Notes: generated by a model not told the origin, from the sequence alone. Numbered from the stretch's first letter, positions 42,108 through 57,649 are shown. The stretch: 64,000 nt of DNA from Octopus vulgaris (GCA_951406725.2 OX597816.1:152644001-152708000); one strand, 5' to 3'. A program made the numbers and translations.

Positions 42108-43466
42108 GTCTAAAGCTTGAATTGTGAACTACACTGCAATCACCTGTGGTGTAAATGAAAGGTATAAACCTTGAGTAGATACTATAACATTTGAGTTGAG
42201 ATATTTTAATATTTTTCATTAAGAAGTACTATTCAGGTCCGTGCTGAGACATTACATTAAGATGGATATACAATTGTACGGAAGTTTCTTTGGTCTACAT
42301 GTGTGCGTGCTGTTGGTTGCATGTGTGAGTAAATATAGCACATATATCAATATACCACAAAAGCATTGATACACACATTGACACAAACTTGTGCTTTATA
42401 AATTATAACGGTATTATACTGGGGAATACAGAATACTACGCGAATGACGTAATAAGCAGAGCGCCCGACAAAATTCCTTGGGGGTAGATAAGTGTTGTTC
42501 GACTCCATTTTGAGTTTAGCCGGAGTCAATTTTTGCCTTTCATCTTTCTTGGTTCGGTCAAATAAATTATTAACCTTCAATCAATTTAAACGTCTGTGCT
42601 CACCCAAATCTTGTGAACTTGGGTTAATACTCCTTTTGTAGTTTCAGCCAGTGTCCTACGATTACGTTACTGGAATTATTGGAATTATAATGTTTAATAT
42701 TGATTATAGATATGGAAAGGGCAGTGGGTGTCAAGTATCAGTTGAGTGATAATGTTTAGCTACGGTCCTTTGACGATTCGATATAAAATCTTGTTGGAAT
42801 GTACTTAGCCTTTCATCTTTTCTAGATTGGTAAAATAAGTACTAGTCATGTAATAAGTTCAATAAAATCGAAAATACGTCCCTCTTTAGCAATTGTGCGG
42901 CTTTGCGGCAATATACCAAATCAATACTGATTATATACATTCATGTACAAAGAAATATCGGAATTCAATAAAACTATTTTCCCCTTAAGTAAAATAAATT
43001 TACCTAATAGTTGACAACCTATCAAATCAGCTGTGCTTCCTGTTGTATGGGGCAGTCAGTTATAATGAGGCTTAGAAGTTGTATTAGATAATATATACAG
43101 AGCCTGTAATTTAGAGTTTAAATTCTAATGATGTCGGCCTTAATATTGGTTAATAGAATCAGCAGAATACTAAAATTCGTGTGATTTAATCATATTCACC
43201 TTCTTTATAAACAAGATGGCTGTATTTTGCTACGTTTAGTCTGATAGACTGATACATTTACACAATCATCTACGGCATTTTGTTCACCTATTCTATTGAC
43301 TAACGTAATATCGCTGACAAGATCAAGTGCAATCTTTACATATACACACAGAAACACACAAACACAAACACAGGTGCACGCGCGCACGCACGCACACACA
43401 TACACACACACACATACACACACACACACACACGCACACACACACACACACACACATTCTATAATT

Positions 43467-43912
<446 letters not shown>

Positions 43913-43959
43913 GATGAAAGACAGACGTACGCAACAGAACAGATTATCGTTATAAAACA

Positions 43960-44900
43960 GAATATGGTTATGACAACTAGAAAATAAGCCATCTAATTTA
44001 TATAGATAACTTAAAACTCTATGGCAAAGACAATGATAAGCATGAAGACCTATTATGTACTGTGAAAGCATTCTGTGATGATATCAGGATGGAGATTGGT
44101 CTTGATAAGTGTGCCAAGGTCACTGTCCAGAAAGTAAAATTCAAAACTTCAAATTCGGTCGTCTTAGATATTGATACAGTTATAAAATAATATCGAGCAG
44201 GGACACATCTGTAGGTACTTAGGAATAAATAAAGGCTCCAGTATTCAGCATGTAAGCATGAAAGAGAAGATCAGGAAGGAATGTTAAAGGAGAGTTCGAG
44301 CAGTTCTGAAATCTGAGCTAAATGCACATAGCAAGATGTTAACCATAAATTTTTTGCAGTTCCAGCTGCTACTTATAGCTTCAATGTGGTGAACAGGAAT
44401 ATCAGTGAAATAAAGAAAATTGATAGAAAAATTCGTTAGCTGCTGACTTGTAATAAGATGCACCACTCAAAGCAGAAGTGGATCGTCTTTACCTTCCCAG
44501 GGCCTAAGGAGATCAAGGCTTCATTCAGTTTTAACTTTCTTACAAAATCACCACAACTGGATTCACCAAATATCTTGAAACAACTAACGACTGGATACTA
44601 AATCTTGTTAAAAATGTCGAGAGGCGTAAGAAGAGCAAAAAGTTTGCTATTGATTTCATGTGCGTTACTCAGGCTGAATAGCCTGAGGGAAGTGTGACAA
44701 CTGTTGTGGCAAAGAAAGTAAAATCAATGGTAACGAAAAAAGTGCATGAACAATAGGCTGGTAGATGGGAACAGAAACCTCTATTTGGTAAATATGTGAC
44801 CGTAGTAAACAAGCTAATGTCGACCATAAGCACATTCATCAGTGGCTACAAAGTCGTGGCTAAAGGCAGAGAAAATTATTTGAAAATGATCCCTGGCTTA
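43960..44900 (+). pseudogene. Decayed R4/Dong-clade LINE reverse transcriptase fragment
   Basis: KISHLIYIDNLKLYG (degenerate YMDD motif)...DDIRMEIGLDKCAK...YLGI...MKEKIRKEC..RVRAVLKSELNA...EIKKIDRKIR..MHH..DRLYLPR, with several stops and frameshifts. Confidence 0.85.
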
Positions 44901-45171
44901 CCGTCCCTGCAACAAGTGCAAAAGCCTGTTTTGACCACACGCATGAGAACATTATCGCTGTGAGAGCAATTATCATCCGCGTAGATAATTTTTTTCTACA
45001 TAACTTGATTTAATTTTGTAACTGAATAATTTGATGTGTATATTTAATGACCTATCAATGTTTGCAGCGAGTTTCTTTGCTTTAGGAATCGAGAGAACAT
45101 TCGGCAATAAATGGAAACAAAATTGAAAGAAGAAAAATTCATAAAAACAAGGACAGTAAGTTTGAAGGGAG

Positions 45172-45249
<78 letters not shown>

Positions 45250-45801
45250 GAGTGAGAGAGCAGTTCATGCCATCAAAGTGACACTGGGGTAAAATATACG
45301 AAACCCAATATATCCATCATGACTACCCGTCTGATAAGGGTACACCAGGCACATGCATCACAACCATATGTGCGCGACATGGTGATCTCATATCAAGATA
45401 AACAGCTCATGACCTTGCAGGTGGGGCCCAGTTAGAATTTTCTTTAGGTTGAGTAGCCCATCCCGCTCAAAAGGTCCCTGAATAAGGGTTGTTTAAGGAT
45501 GTTGAACCAACCACCCATGTTTCCAGAGGTGAATTATTCAAACCCCAAAGAATCCCTCTCAACACATGGCTATGATGCTCCCCCACTACTTCTGCTCGTG
45601 ATCAGAGCTGCACATATCGTCAGCCACTAAGGGACAGCTCAACTGGTTAAGGTCAAACAACTGACAAGCAAATCTGTGGTATTGAACAGAATATTTGCTG
45701 TAGCCCATCTTTTATACCAAGACAAAATAATGTACATGATAACACTTCCAATCAGTTAAGATTAGAAGCCACGAGAGCCACTGCCTGGTACTGCATCAGG
45801 G

Positions 45802-45804
<3 letters not shown>
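45250..45804 (-). mobile_element. Family E element, full length, inverted relative to 39276-39831
   Basis: Reverse complement of 39276-39831 along its whole length, embedded in (ATT)n. Confidence 0.9.
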
Positions 45805-45886
<82 letters not shown>

Positions 45887-45909
45887 ATTATAATTATTAT
45901 TATTATTAC

Positions 45910-45992
<83 letters not shown>

Positions 45993-46121
45993 GTAGTAGT
46001 AGTAGTAGTATTAGTAGTAGTAGTAGTGGCAGTAGTAATGATTCTTATTCGTCATAGGAGTATAGATGAGGGAGTATCACAAGAACAGTTCACAATTTGT
46101 GTGGGGAAAATGTTAATAATG

Positions 46122-46192
<71 letters not shown>

Positions 46193-46195
46193 TAC

Positions 46196-46871
46196 CTGAT
46201 CATTTCCAATGGTATTTACGTCTGCAGGAATCTGTCTAATGAGAGTTTCGTTTCCGGGGATTCCTTGGACATCCGTTACAGCAACTGATGTTGTTGCTGC
46301 TATTGCTGCTGCTGATGTGGGGTTTGCAGTTGACCTCAGTGCCAGGCCAATATTGGGGCACAAGCCAGATGCCTGACTGTGACGGTTTGTGGTGACTGGC
46401 ACCTGTCTGCTAACAGGCGGAAGCGGATTAATAAGTACTTGTTCACTGACTTTCTGAATGGGCGCTCTTATTCTCGTTCCAAGAGACGACCTCAGATTAG
46501 GCGCTGAGTTCACTGCCACGCACACAGAATCTCTATTGCTTTGGATATTGTTGTAGTTGTCTTTGAGGTTATTCGAGATCGTATTGGCAACGTTGTAAAC
46601 TGTTGAAGAATTACAAAGTTGACTGTTTCCACTCGAACCGCTAATCGTTTGCAAATTGTCACACGTTGGATTTGGAATACAAACAGTACTCACTGACAAT
46701 CGTAAGTTGCCGTTTAGTTCTTCTTGATTACCAGCTGGGAAGAACTTCTCAGTGTCTTGTCGAAATAATTCACTAGGATCAACACAGTAGTTTCCATTTT
46801 CATTGTTCTCAAGTATCATATCAACTACTTCCATAGGAAAAATGTCCCTGGTCCTGAAACCCTTGCCGTCT
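46196..46871 (-). CDS. Coding exon of a large minus-strand gene (MEVVDMILENNENGNYC...NTIGNDQ); putative transcription factor N-terminal region
   Basis: Acceptor tcatttctctttttcttttccacag| ends at 46872 and donor CAG|gtaatt follows 46196. ATG at 46834 gives 213 codons to a phase-0 donor. The 37 nt upstream of the ATG are also open in frame (DGKGFRTRDIFP), so this may be an internal exon. The peptide is complex and non-repetitive. Confidence 0.8.
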
Positions 46872-47165
46872 CTGTGGAAAAGAAAAAGAGAAATGACATC
46901 AGATCATCAGGGTTTGAGAAAGAAGACAACTGTTATTGATGTTTAAAAATAGCATACCAGTAATTATTCATGATTGGTAATGAGTGAATGAATAAAGCAA
47001 CCTACCTACCTACCTTCCTACATGCCTGCCTACCTACCTACCTACCTACCTACCTACCTACCTACCTACCTACCTACCTACCTACCACCTACGTACGTAG
47101 TGCCTACCGACCAATCTCTCTCTTTCTTTATTTCCTTCTTTCTTTCTTTTTTCTTTATGTGTGTG

Positions 47166-47261
<96 letters not shown>

Positions 47262-47262
<1 letters not shown>

Positions 47263-48060
47263 TAGCATTATGACCCGTCTTTGCCGGGTCATAGTGCTAG
47301 TGCATGTATATATGTGTACATATTACATGTACATCTCTCTCTATATATATACATCTACACATAAAATACAAAATACAAAGTTATATCTTGATATCGCTAG
47401 TGATAACAATACTGAAAATATATAACAGACTGGAATTGTAGGACTATTCCATTTCTGCACGCTAATTGTATTATTAATTTATTCCCATTCATGTGAAACC
47501 ACTTATTCAAGTTCAAGTCATTGATACAATTTTATACCAATTGCTATTTTTACTTATGTTATGTTACGATTATATTATACTTTAGTTTGATTTTAATTAT
47601 TACTTACTACATATAATTCAATTGTTATTATTACCACTAATTTTTATTGTTAAAGTGAAAGTATCTGACATAAAATAGAGAAATGTTTTTGTTTCACTTT
47701 TAACACGTAATACTGAAATAGTGGAGAAGATATGTTATTGCTATGGGCTCGCCGTAGGCAAGAAGTTGAACATTATTTTGCCCATGAAACTACATGGACC
47801 CTAAGTAAGGCAGGTGTAAAATTTGAATCAAAGTGGTTGTGTAGTTCTCAAGTTTTAGGAAATCGTAGTGGAGAAGATGTGATATTGCTGTGGGCTCGCC
47901 CTAGGCAAAATTTTTTTTGCCGATGACACTCCCCGGACCCTAAGTAAGGCATGTGTAAAATTTGAATGAAATTGGTTGTGTAGTTCTCAAGTTTTAGGGA
48001 AACACACAGACAGACAGACAGACAGACAGACACACATTCTCAGTTTTATATATAGAGAGA
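47262..48060 (-). mobile_element. Non-autonomous Helitron with internal ~147-bp tandem duplication
   Basis: The minus strand starts A|TCtctctatatataaaactgagaatg(tgtc)n and ends cgggtcataatgCTAG|T. A 17-bp inverted repeat spans 47261-47301. Units tagtggagaagat... start at 47719 and 47866. Confidence 0.8.
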
Positions 48061-49564
48061 TACATACATACATAAAATTAAATCCAATCCAATATATGGA
48101 AAATAGGGAAGAACACATCCAATCTTTCACTGGTTCCACTGCTTAATACTCAATTTTGTAGGGAAAAACTTACAACTCACATGGGTATATATTAAATTTA
48201 TAAAAATGAATAGAAAATGGAGATATACAATTGTCAATTCAAAAATTTAAATTCATTAACATACTATATTATATATATTCTTATACCAATATAATAGAAT
48301 ATAATAAATTATAAATATCAAATACAAATTACAATTGTTTGGATTCTTACCCATAATAAAAATTATAAAAATCCATTGTTTGTTGGTAAGAAATAGTTAA
48401 TTCAGTGTTTAATTTAATATCTAGGGGATAATGTTGTTATAATATTTTTAAGAAAGTTTCTTTTTTATATAAACTACGCAATTTTTAATTATTAATCATT
48501 AAGTTTTAGTAATGATTATTATAAATAATTAATGCAATGTAATTTATAATATTATTTGCTATTTGGCTAGAGATGATAAAGTATTTGAAATATATTATTT
48601 TACTATTTACCCATAAATAGCGTATTGTTATTTATAACACGTATTCTTAATAATATGAAAAAATGAAAAGGGTATTTCTTATTTCGTCACGGTTTTAAAA
48701 ATATTAAAAAAAATATTGTTCCTAGTATTTAAAAAAAATTAATGCGCCAAGATACATTTAGATTAAAACTAGCAAACGTTGCTTTGGTGGTATTTTTTCA
48801 TCAAATAATTGAACTACTGAGAAGATTTATGAGTAGCACGGCAATCTATGTTTCCGATTAACCTAGGAATGGAAAATCAAATTGAAGGCTGGTTATTGTG
48901 GTGGTCGTTACACTTTAATGATCATAGAACATATAGGTTTGCAAGAGATGTAAAGTAGGGCTACTGAAGTGTTTTGGGAGTAGATTACGGATAATGACTG
49001 CAAAATGTAGTTGTTTTATATGAAAGCGAAATTTATCAGAAACAGCCACATAAATGGTGTAACGAAATTAAAGGAAGCCGTTGAAACTTCCCCTCTTCGG
49101 GTTTATTTTTTTCAACTGCAAAAGGAACTTTTTTTGGAGAGATAAGCTAACAAAAGCCTCTTTATTCTGTCTTCCTACATAAACTAACAGTGAATGCTGC
49201 ATAAAGTTAAATTGGTATGGAGCTTTCTGAAAGATACGTATAGGTTTCACTACTGGAAACAAAACTCTTATTTAAAGGTTGATACTTTGGGACGAATCAT
49301 ATGCGATTGTTTAAAAGAGGCTAGAACGACAATACTAAAACGTATTTGAAACAATGGACAACAGTCGAAATATCATAACGGATAGGTAAATAAGCATCCT
49401 TAAAGTGAAACAATGCATTGGTAGGTAAACAAAGGTATCAACAAATAGAAGCGAAGGAAGGGAACATCACCTTTCAAGTAACTCAGAATAGGTAAAGGAA
49501 GCTTGCTAAAGTTTAATGCAGTCTAAATATTGAGATTAAGGTTGTTTGGTATTGGGTATTGATC

Positions 49565-49950
49565 GCGTACAGTGTTCCTAGTCAAGTTAATCACCGTGGC
49601 AGGTGGACAGTCGAAATAAATAAATAGACAAATTCCTTTCATTTTTATTAAAAATATTATAAAAAGAATAAAAAAACTATGGAAGACCCTACATACAAAA
49701 CAAGACTATGTCCATTTAGGTCCATTTACGCGGGAGCTCTGGACAAAATGTTTAGTCCATGACCATCTTTGGGACATAAGTAATATGTGTGTAAAGTTTG
49801 GTGAAAATAGGTTGAGAATTGTGGAAATGTATGCGTTCAGTGTACCTAGTCAATTTAATCACTGTTGCTGGTGGACAGTGAAAATAAATAAATAGGTAAA
49901 ATCCTTTCACTTTTATAAAAATATTTTTAAAAGTATGGAAGACCCTACAG
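49565..49950. repeat. ~266-bp period tandem duplication, probably Helitron/HINE-derived
   Basis: cagtg.tcctagtcaa.ttaatcac.gt.gc.ggtggacagt...tatggaagaccctaca occurs at ~49570 and ~49837. The spacer carries aaagtttggtgaaaataggttgag, typical of such elements. Confidence 0.65.
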
Positions 49951-50743
49951 ATTATAATACAGCTGATTAATGCAAATGAATAGGAATCATCTACGGTTGG
50001 TTTTCCATCGCACTAAAGGCTCCAATATCGATTTAAAAAAATCTAAGTAGCCTCTGTTCGGGTCTGAGATATGAAGCAGCTGTATATAAAAGTTTAAAGA
50101 AATCGATTGAAAGATGCCGAAGTTATTGAGGTACATTAAATTTTTGTACATACACACGCGCGCACGCATTTAGTTATTCCAAAGAGGGTGGTGACAATTT
50201 CAAAAGAATTCAGAGATGATTCTGCAATTATAATGATAATGTTATCAAACGTTTATTGGGAGAAACTTTAGTGGGTCCCAAACTGTTTATTTAACACGTG
50301 TGTTTATAAGTATAGCTGCATACGAATACCCATCAATACATACACATACATAAAAACACGTTTAGAAAGTTGACTCGAGGCTAATCGAACCAATTTTTCT
50401 GTTGGCATCCCCACAAAAACTTAGTTGTGATTGAATTTGAGAAATGAGAATTTTGGAATCCATAGATTCTAAACTATTGATATTTTGGAAGGCCGATACA
50501 AGAATTAAAAATGTCTGCATGGTTTCAAAAGCAGTTGAAAAGAAAAGCTGTAAAGATATTCTATGGCGAAGAACATGACAGAAGAACTTGCTCCTGAAAA
50601 CTGAATTCTTTCACATAACCGCATACAAACATAATCAATTTTTAGAATTTTAAAAATAACTTTAAATGACTTCATTATTTTACCGCTTCCAGCCTTAAAA
50701 ACTGTGACTATGCTGGGAGCACACACATGATGTTTCTTTTAAG

Positions 50744-50787
<44 letters not shown>

Positions 50788-51668
50788 CCATATGTGTGTG
50801 TGTGTGTGTGTTTATGTGTATGTGCGTGTGCATGTGTATATATGTACGTACGTATGTATGTGTGTGTATATATATATATGGATAGATAGATAGATACATG
50901 CAGATACACATACATATGAATGTATGTTTGTATACACATATGCATACCTAGTCAGAGATACGCACAGCCACGCGCACACAACCGTACGCACACACACACA
51001 TCCAGCCACCCAAACAATCCCCCCTCCCATCTGTATCAGTCATGCGCCTTTTCAATCACCTATGTATGATGTGTCTCCCAAGCTATTAAATTTACCTTCC
51101 CATAGCATCCACTATATATCTCCATCCACGTCAACACACCGTTCATTGATGAAAGTATTGAAGTCATTAGGTTTCTCTACGTCAGCTTGATGCGATTGTG
51201 TGATTAGTGCAGGGAGAGAAAGAGTGGGAGAGGGGGAGAAAGAGGGAGAGAGGGAGAGGAAGAGAGAGAGAGAGAGAAGAAGAGAGAGAAAGTGAAAAAC
51301 AGAAAATTGGATTAACAGACTGATAGCTCGATATTTATACATACATATATACATACATACAAACATACATACACACACAAAGACACACACATATATATGG
51401 GTGTGTGTGTGTATGACATACATGTATATAAATACATATTCATATACATACATTCGTATGTATATAAATACATATTCATATACATATATTCGTATGTGTG
51501 TATATATCTGTGTCTGTCTGTCTATATATTTAGATATGGATATGTGTTTTTCTGACTATACATAATAAACACACATGACCAGGTGGAGAGATAGATAGAG
51601 GAACAGATAGTGAATATACATACATTCATATGCAGATACATACACGAACGCACACACACACACACACT

Positions 51669-51719
<51 letters not shown>

Positions 51720-51760
51720 GTATATGTGCATATGTATGTATATGTGCATATATATGTATA

Positions 51761-51809
<49 letters not shown>

Positions 51810-53013
51810 GTGCATATATATATATAATTGGGTATTAGGAGAAAAGGCTGATGAGAGAAGGGACCACGGCAAGTATTAGTGGAATGAAGGAATAAAGAAA
51901 CAGACAGACAAAGATGAGAAAGAAAGGGAGAGGGAGAGAGAAGGGAAATTAGGGAAAGGAAATGAGACGGAATGAGAGTGAGAAAGGGAGGTAGGGAGGA
52001 GGAAAGAGAAAGAGAGAGAGAGAGAGAGGGAGAGAAAGAGAAATTATGAAAGGAGTTGATGAGGAACATTTACGCCTGATTATATAAGTGTGTGTGCGCG
52101 AGCCTGAGTGTGTATGTGTATGCATACATGAGCATACGAATAGAGGCTCACATACAGATAATGCTTGATGCAATAGCTTTGATCGCACACATTGTAAGTT
52201 TACAAAGAGCCAAAGGCTTTTATAAATGCAGACCGAAATCATCCGGAAAAGATAACCAAATGAAATAACCGTTTTTAACAAAAACAAGAAAACAAATGAA
52301 AATATTACATATATATACACCCACATATATTTAAAAAAAAATCACACAGAATATTTTGAAACAAACCAAAAAGCAAATGAAGCAATGCATGGTTGATAAA
52401 TTCTTTCAATAACATGCAATGTTCAATAGGAAACATATTGAAATCAATAATAAATGCCTGAATGCGCATGCACAATTGGTTTTAAGCCCGTTAAACATCA
52501 CCGTATGTTACATATTATATTGATTTCTACCATCGGTAAAAGGCCACAGATTTATGCTAAAAGTTGCGGTAAATATGATTGTGTGGAGTTTATGCCTTTC
52601 TGAAAATGTGGAGTCTATGCCTTTCTGAAAAATGTATTGCCAAAGTGAAAAAAAACTAGAAAGGTTTTTACAACAGTAAATCCAAATTGTTGGTTATGAG
52701 TTGTTATAAAAAAGGCATCGAGTTGGCTGAAATTTTTGACTCGAACGAAAATGCCTGCTTGATTCCAAATTCAAATCATTACATTGTCGATTTTTACCTT
52801 TCATCCGACAGAAATCGATGAAGTATATTTTAGTAATATGCTGGAGATAATTCACTAGATTATACATGCCCACTTCCACAGAAACTTTGGCTCCCTATCT
52901 TGTCCAGATTAATCAATTTTTGGTTATCAGGAAACTATAGAAAATATCCCAACGAAACTTTTCAATAACTTAGATATTTCTCTCGTTTTATAAATGTATA
53001 CACTTCTTTCTGA

Positions 53014-53139
<126 letters not shown>

Positions 53140-54294
53140 TTGTCTCTGCTAATCGCTTCACTAATTTTCCTTTGATGACATCCAAGTAGAGACGTCTTCA
53201 TTGTGTTTTCCTTTTAAGCTGTCAAAACGGGCCGAGAGGGAAACATCGACGTGATTCCTCGCGTATTTAAAAATAACAGACAAATCTCTTTTAAATCAAA
53301 TTCTATTGACTTAAAGGTGGAAGAATATCGATTAGATAATATAGTGTAGAAAACGGGTAGGTCACGGTCGAAACGCCTTTGATCATAAGTCTACACGGAC
53401 CGAAACAGTAACTGTATTAACATCACCGCTACATCTCTCTCCCGGGCAATGTCTTTTTTCTTTAGATCAACAAATAAATAAACAAACGACAGCCGGCCAT
53501 CTCTGATGGATGGTTAATAATAACTACGGTTATATTGATTAGGATAATTCATTGCCAACTGCAGCATTCTGTATCCATGGTCACTAACAACCTGTACGTG
53601 TTCATCGAACGATCGATACCCACTCTCCACGACAACTTCACTAATTTAACAATTGCTGTAATGTTGAAGAGCCAAACGAAATCTATAATGTGAGACTAGT
53701 AGGGGAAACAGTTTCACACTTCTACAGACCCTTCATTTAGAATACAGCACCCAAAATCTGACTTACAAAGATGATATTTACTGTGAATGCAGGAAGATAG
53801 GTGCCTAATACCTAATGCAACTAGAAATTTACAATAAATTATACTCTTTATGGCTACAAAAATATTAAGTAAAGTAAAGTATTAATAAAGACTAATACAG
53901 AAAACTACAAAACACGGAAAATACAAATAACTGTTTTCTGTCTTCAAAGAGGTTATCAAAGACAAAGTAGATATGAGGTTTGCGAACAGCCTCAACACTG
54001 AGGTGAAAATAAAACGAACAGAGTAAGATAGAAAAGGAAATTCGCAACTGTGTATGAGAAGTGCTAGATTAAACTGAGTGTGAAGGATTCTTGATAGCCG
54101 TAGAAGATTTCCCACAAGAAACCACCAGAAGCAAATAACGAAGCAGATTATATTAACTGTTGTATATATGAAGATAGAGCAACAACCACATTATGTTTAG
54201 CTTCCAAGTGTTAGCCAATAGAGAATACATTCAGAAATATGACAGAAATGAGGTTTCTATATTTATGATTTTCAAAATGTAATCACATGTGAAT

Positions 54295-54440
54295 CGTTGG
54301 CGATTTTTTGGGACTCTATTGGACTTTCATCTGTCTCTTGTTTCTGAAGAAGAGCTTTGCTCCAAATGTAAAAACCACCTTTCTTTCCTTCCCTGAGTGT
54401 CTGCTAATACTTTACGTATACCACATCCTTGCGTTGTTGT
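54295..54440 (+). mobile_element. Probable Penelope-like pseudo-LTR remnant with a degenerate minimal hammerhead ribozyme motif (54340-54376)
   Basis: gttt CTGAAGA agagc-ttt-gctc cAAA tGTA aaaac: the CUGANGA box, stem II and stem I are intact, while GAAA-CGUA has become caaa-tgta. Confidence 0.5.
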
Positions 54441-54481
54441 TTTTTTTTTTGGGGGGGGGGGTGTTCTTCGTTTACTATTTC

Positions 54482-54960
<479 letters not shown>

Positions 54961-55034
54961 TAAAATATAAAGATCTGAAAATTAAATAGAATATAGGACC
55001 CGGAAAAGAAACGCTCCTTAAAATAGGAGTTGCA

Positions 55035-55225
55035 TCGGGAATTCATAACCCAAGACCCAGGATTTACATCTATGCATATCATACATAAAATTGCACTACT
55101 AGGTAATGTCCATATATTGCAGAGAATACTCTGAAAACAATAGCAAATATAAAACCAGAACAAACTGCACAGAACTGCGCTCGATAGAACGGTAAAAGCA
55201 TGTAATAATAATGATGATGATAATA

Positions 55226-55272
<47 letters not shown>
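55035..55272 (+). mobile_element. 3' end of a second RLE-type (R4/Dong-like) LINE family with (TAA)n tail
   Basis: ITQDPGFTSMHIIHKIALLGNVHILQRIL* (cf. IQKIALLGTAHILR..L), then a short UTR and (taa)n. Confidence 0.6.
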
Positions 55273-55274
<2 letters not shown>

Positions 55275-55498
55275 CTGTAAAAGCAAGTTTTTCTATTGGG
55301 GAGGCATTTTATAACTCAGCTTCTGCTAAATAATCTGAATATTAAATAAAACACCTAAATTGTTATGAATATTTTAAACAGAAACAAATTGGGTGCAAGC
55401 TTGAAAGGGTATAAAATATATATGTATGTATACGTATTGTGTATAAACGCACGCGCGCACACACCTACATGCATAGACACACACATGCATTTATTTTC

Positions 55499-55635
<137 letters not shown>

Positions 55636-56163
55636 TTGAAGTGAAAATAAATGTAGATAGTGTTCCAAATAATTGATTCCTACAATTTTAGATTGAACGG
55701 GGTCTAGAGAACAACTACGACGTTGTAGAAATATTGGGTGAATAGTGTATAGCTTGTTGAACTAAAAACCACTATTGAGGAAAATTGAAAGGAAATTATG
55801 GTTAAATCAATATGAATTGACTGAAAATTAATGGAATATTCTAGATAATTGATTTCTGCTCTCATGAACCGAATGAAGCCAAAACAATAACCACACCTTT
55901 TTACTTTTTTTTCTTTTTCTTTTGTTTTTGTTACAAGAGTAAAGGCAGTATCTGAACTAATAGCAAGTTACATAGTTTTTCATTTTTTTTTATATATAAA
56001 ATCTAATCAACAGGTGTAGATTATATTTCTTTCAATCAACTATCTACCTACTTATTCGCCTTCTCCACGATACATATATACATACATTCATACATACATA
56101 CATAATAAATACATACATACATACATACACATGAGCGCGCACACACACACGCTCACACACACA

Positions 56164-56230
<67 letters not shown>

Positions 56231-56355
56231 ATGAAAATAGCCGAAGGAAAGTACGTAAAAGAAGTGTTCAGCCCATTACATAGACATACCATTGAATCTC
56301 ACATATATAATGAGCTTTTCACCTAACCGTATTACATATGTGAGACCCTACCCTA

Positions 56356-56389
<34 letters not shown>

Positions 56390-56505
56390 CGTGTATACAT
56401 ACATACATGCACATACATACACACACATACACACTTACATATATAGACACATACAAATATATTCATATACACATACTCATACACATATTTAAAAATAAAC
56501 ATTAT

Positions 56506-56546
<41 letters not shown>

Positions 56547-57057
56547 TATATGCATATATATGAATGTTGTGTGTGTAAAAATTATGAGCGAGATTTTGCT
56601 TCTATATATGTACATGTCAGGAAATTTTTTGAATTTCCAGATACATTTGTGCTATTATACAGAGTATTCCCTCTAGTTGTCTACATCCACGGAACATAAC
56701 TGACCCCCAAAGAATATGGTTAAATTACACATAATAAATTCTGAACCAAGTACTAGGACAAAAATATTTGAGTAAATCACTAGAAACTCTGCACCAGGTT
56801 GGCTGCAGTCCAGTGACTGGAAGTAATGAATGAATAGAAATATCCTTTGACGTTAGCAGGTAATATTCGCTGAAAATGGCCCAGCACATGAGTATAGTCT
56901 GAATCTTTATTTGGCAGCTTTCTATCATGAATGTACACATGATCTTACACCAAGGACAAATTGATGAGAATTATTTCTGAGGTTGCAAAGTGTATTTATT
57001 TCATTTTTGGTGCTGGTGATGAGGCTTTTTTTCCTTTATATAAATGTTAGTCTTCAG

Positions 57058-57437
57058 GTGGCACTCTGTCGGTTTCGACGACGAGGGTTCCAGTTGATCC
57101 GATCAATGGAACAGCCTGCTCGTGAAATTAACATACAAGTGGCTGAGCAATCCACAGATACGTATACTCTTAATGTAGTTCTCAGGGAGATTCAGCGTGA
57201 CACAGTGTGGCAAGGCTAGCCCGTTGAAATACAGGTACAACAGAGACAGGAAGAAAGAATGAGAGAAAGTTGTGGTGAAAGAGTACAACCGGATTCGCCA
57301 CCACCCTCTGCCGGAACCTCGTGGAGCTTTAGGTGTTTTCGCTCAATAAACACTCGCAACGTCCGATCTGGGAATCGAAACCGCAATCCTACGACCGCGA
57401 GTCTCCTGCCCTAACCACTGGGCCATTGTGCCTCCAT
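57058..57437 (-). mobile_element. tRNA-derived SINE family D (tRNA-Arg-like head)
   Basis: Minus strand ggaggcacaatggcccagtggttagggc...actcgcggtcgtaggattgcggtttcgattcccaga (A box, B box), then a ~310-nt tRNA-unrelated body. Confidence 0.8.
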
Positions 57438-57649
57438 GCTAGTCTTCAATAGACGCAAACATGTATCTGTGGTCTCAGGAAATTGCAGGAGCTAATCCGT
57501 TGTACGTTCCCCGCCTCTTTTAGAGTCTCTGCTTCCATCTGTTACTGACTTATAATTCAAGAGTACCTCAAAGGCTGTGTCTCGAGTCTGTTTCAACTCT
57601 TGGCTTAGTCTAACCATTTGATTCTATTGAAATCAATATTTATCAGGAA

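Noticed and set aside
47719-49950. Regularly spaced repeats as a CRISPR-like array
   Set aside because: Eukaryotic context, only two long units each, no unique spacers; these are internal Helitron-type duplications.
57365-57437. tRNA gene (also heads at 5535, 29820, 54890, 59100 and a weak one at 28675)
   Set aside because: A/B boxes are present but there is no complete cloverleaf, and the clear cases continue into repeat bodies; these are SINE heads.
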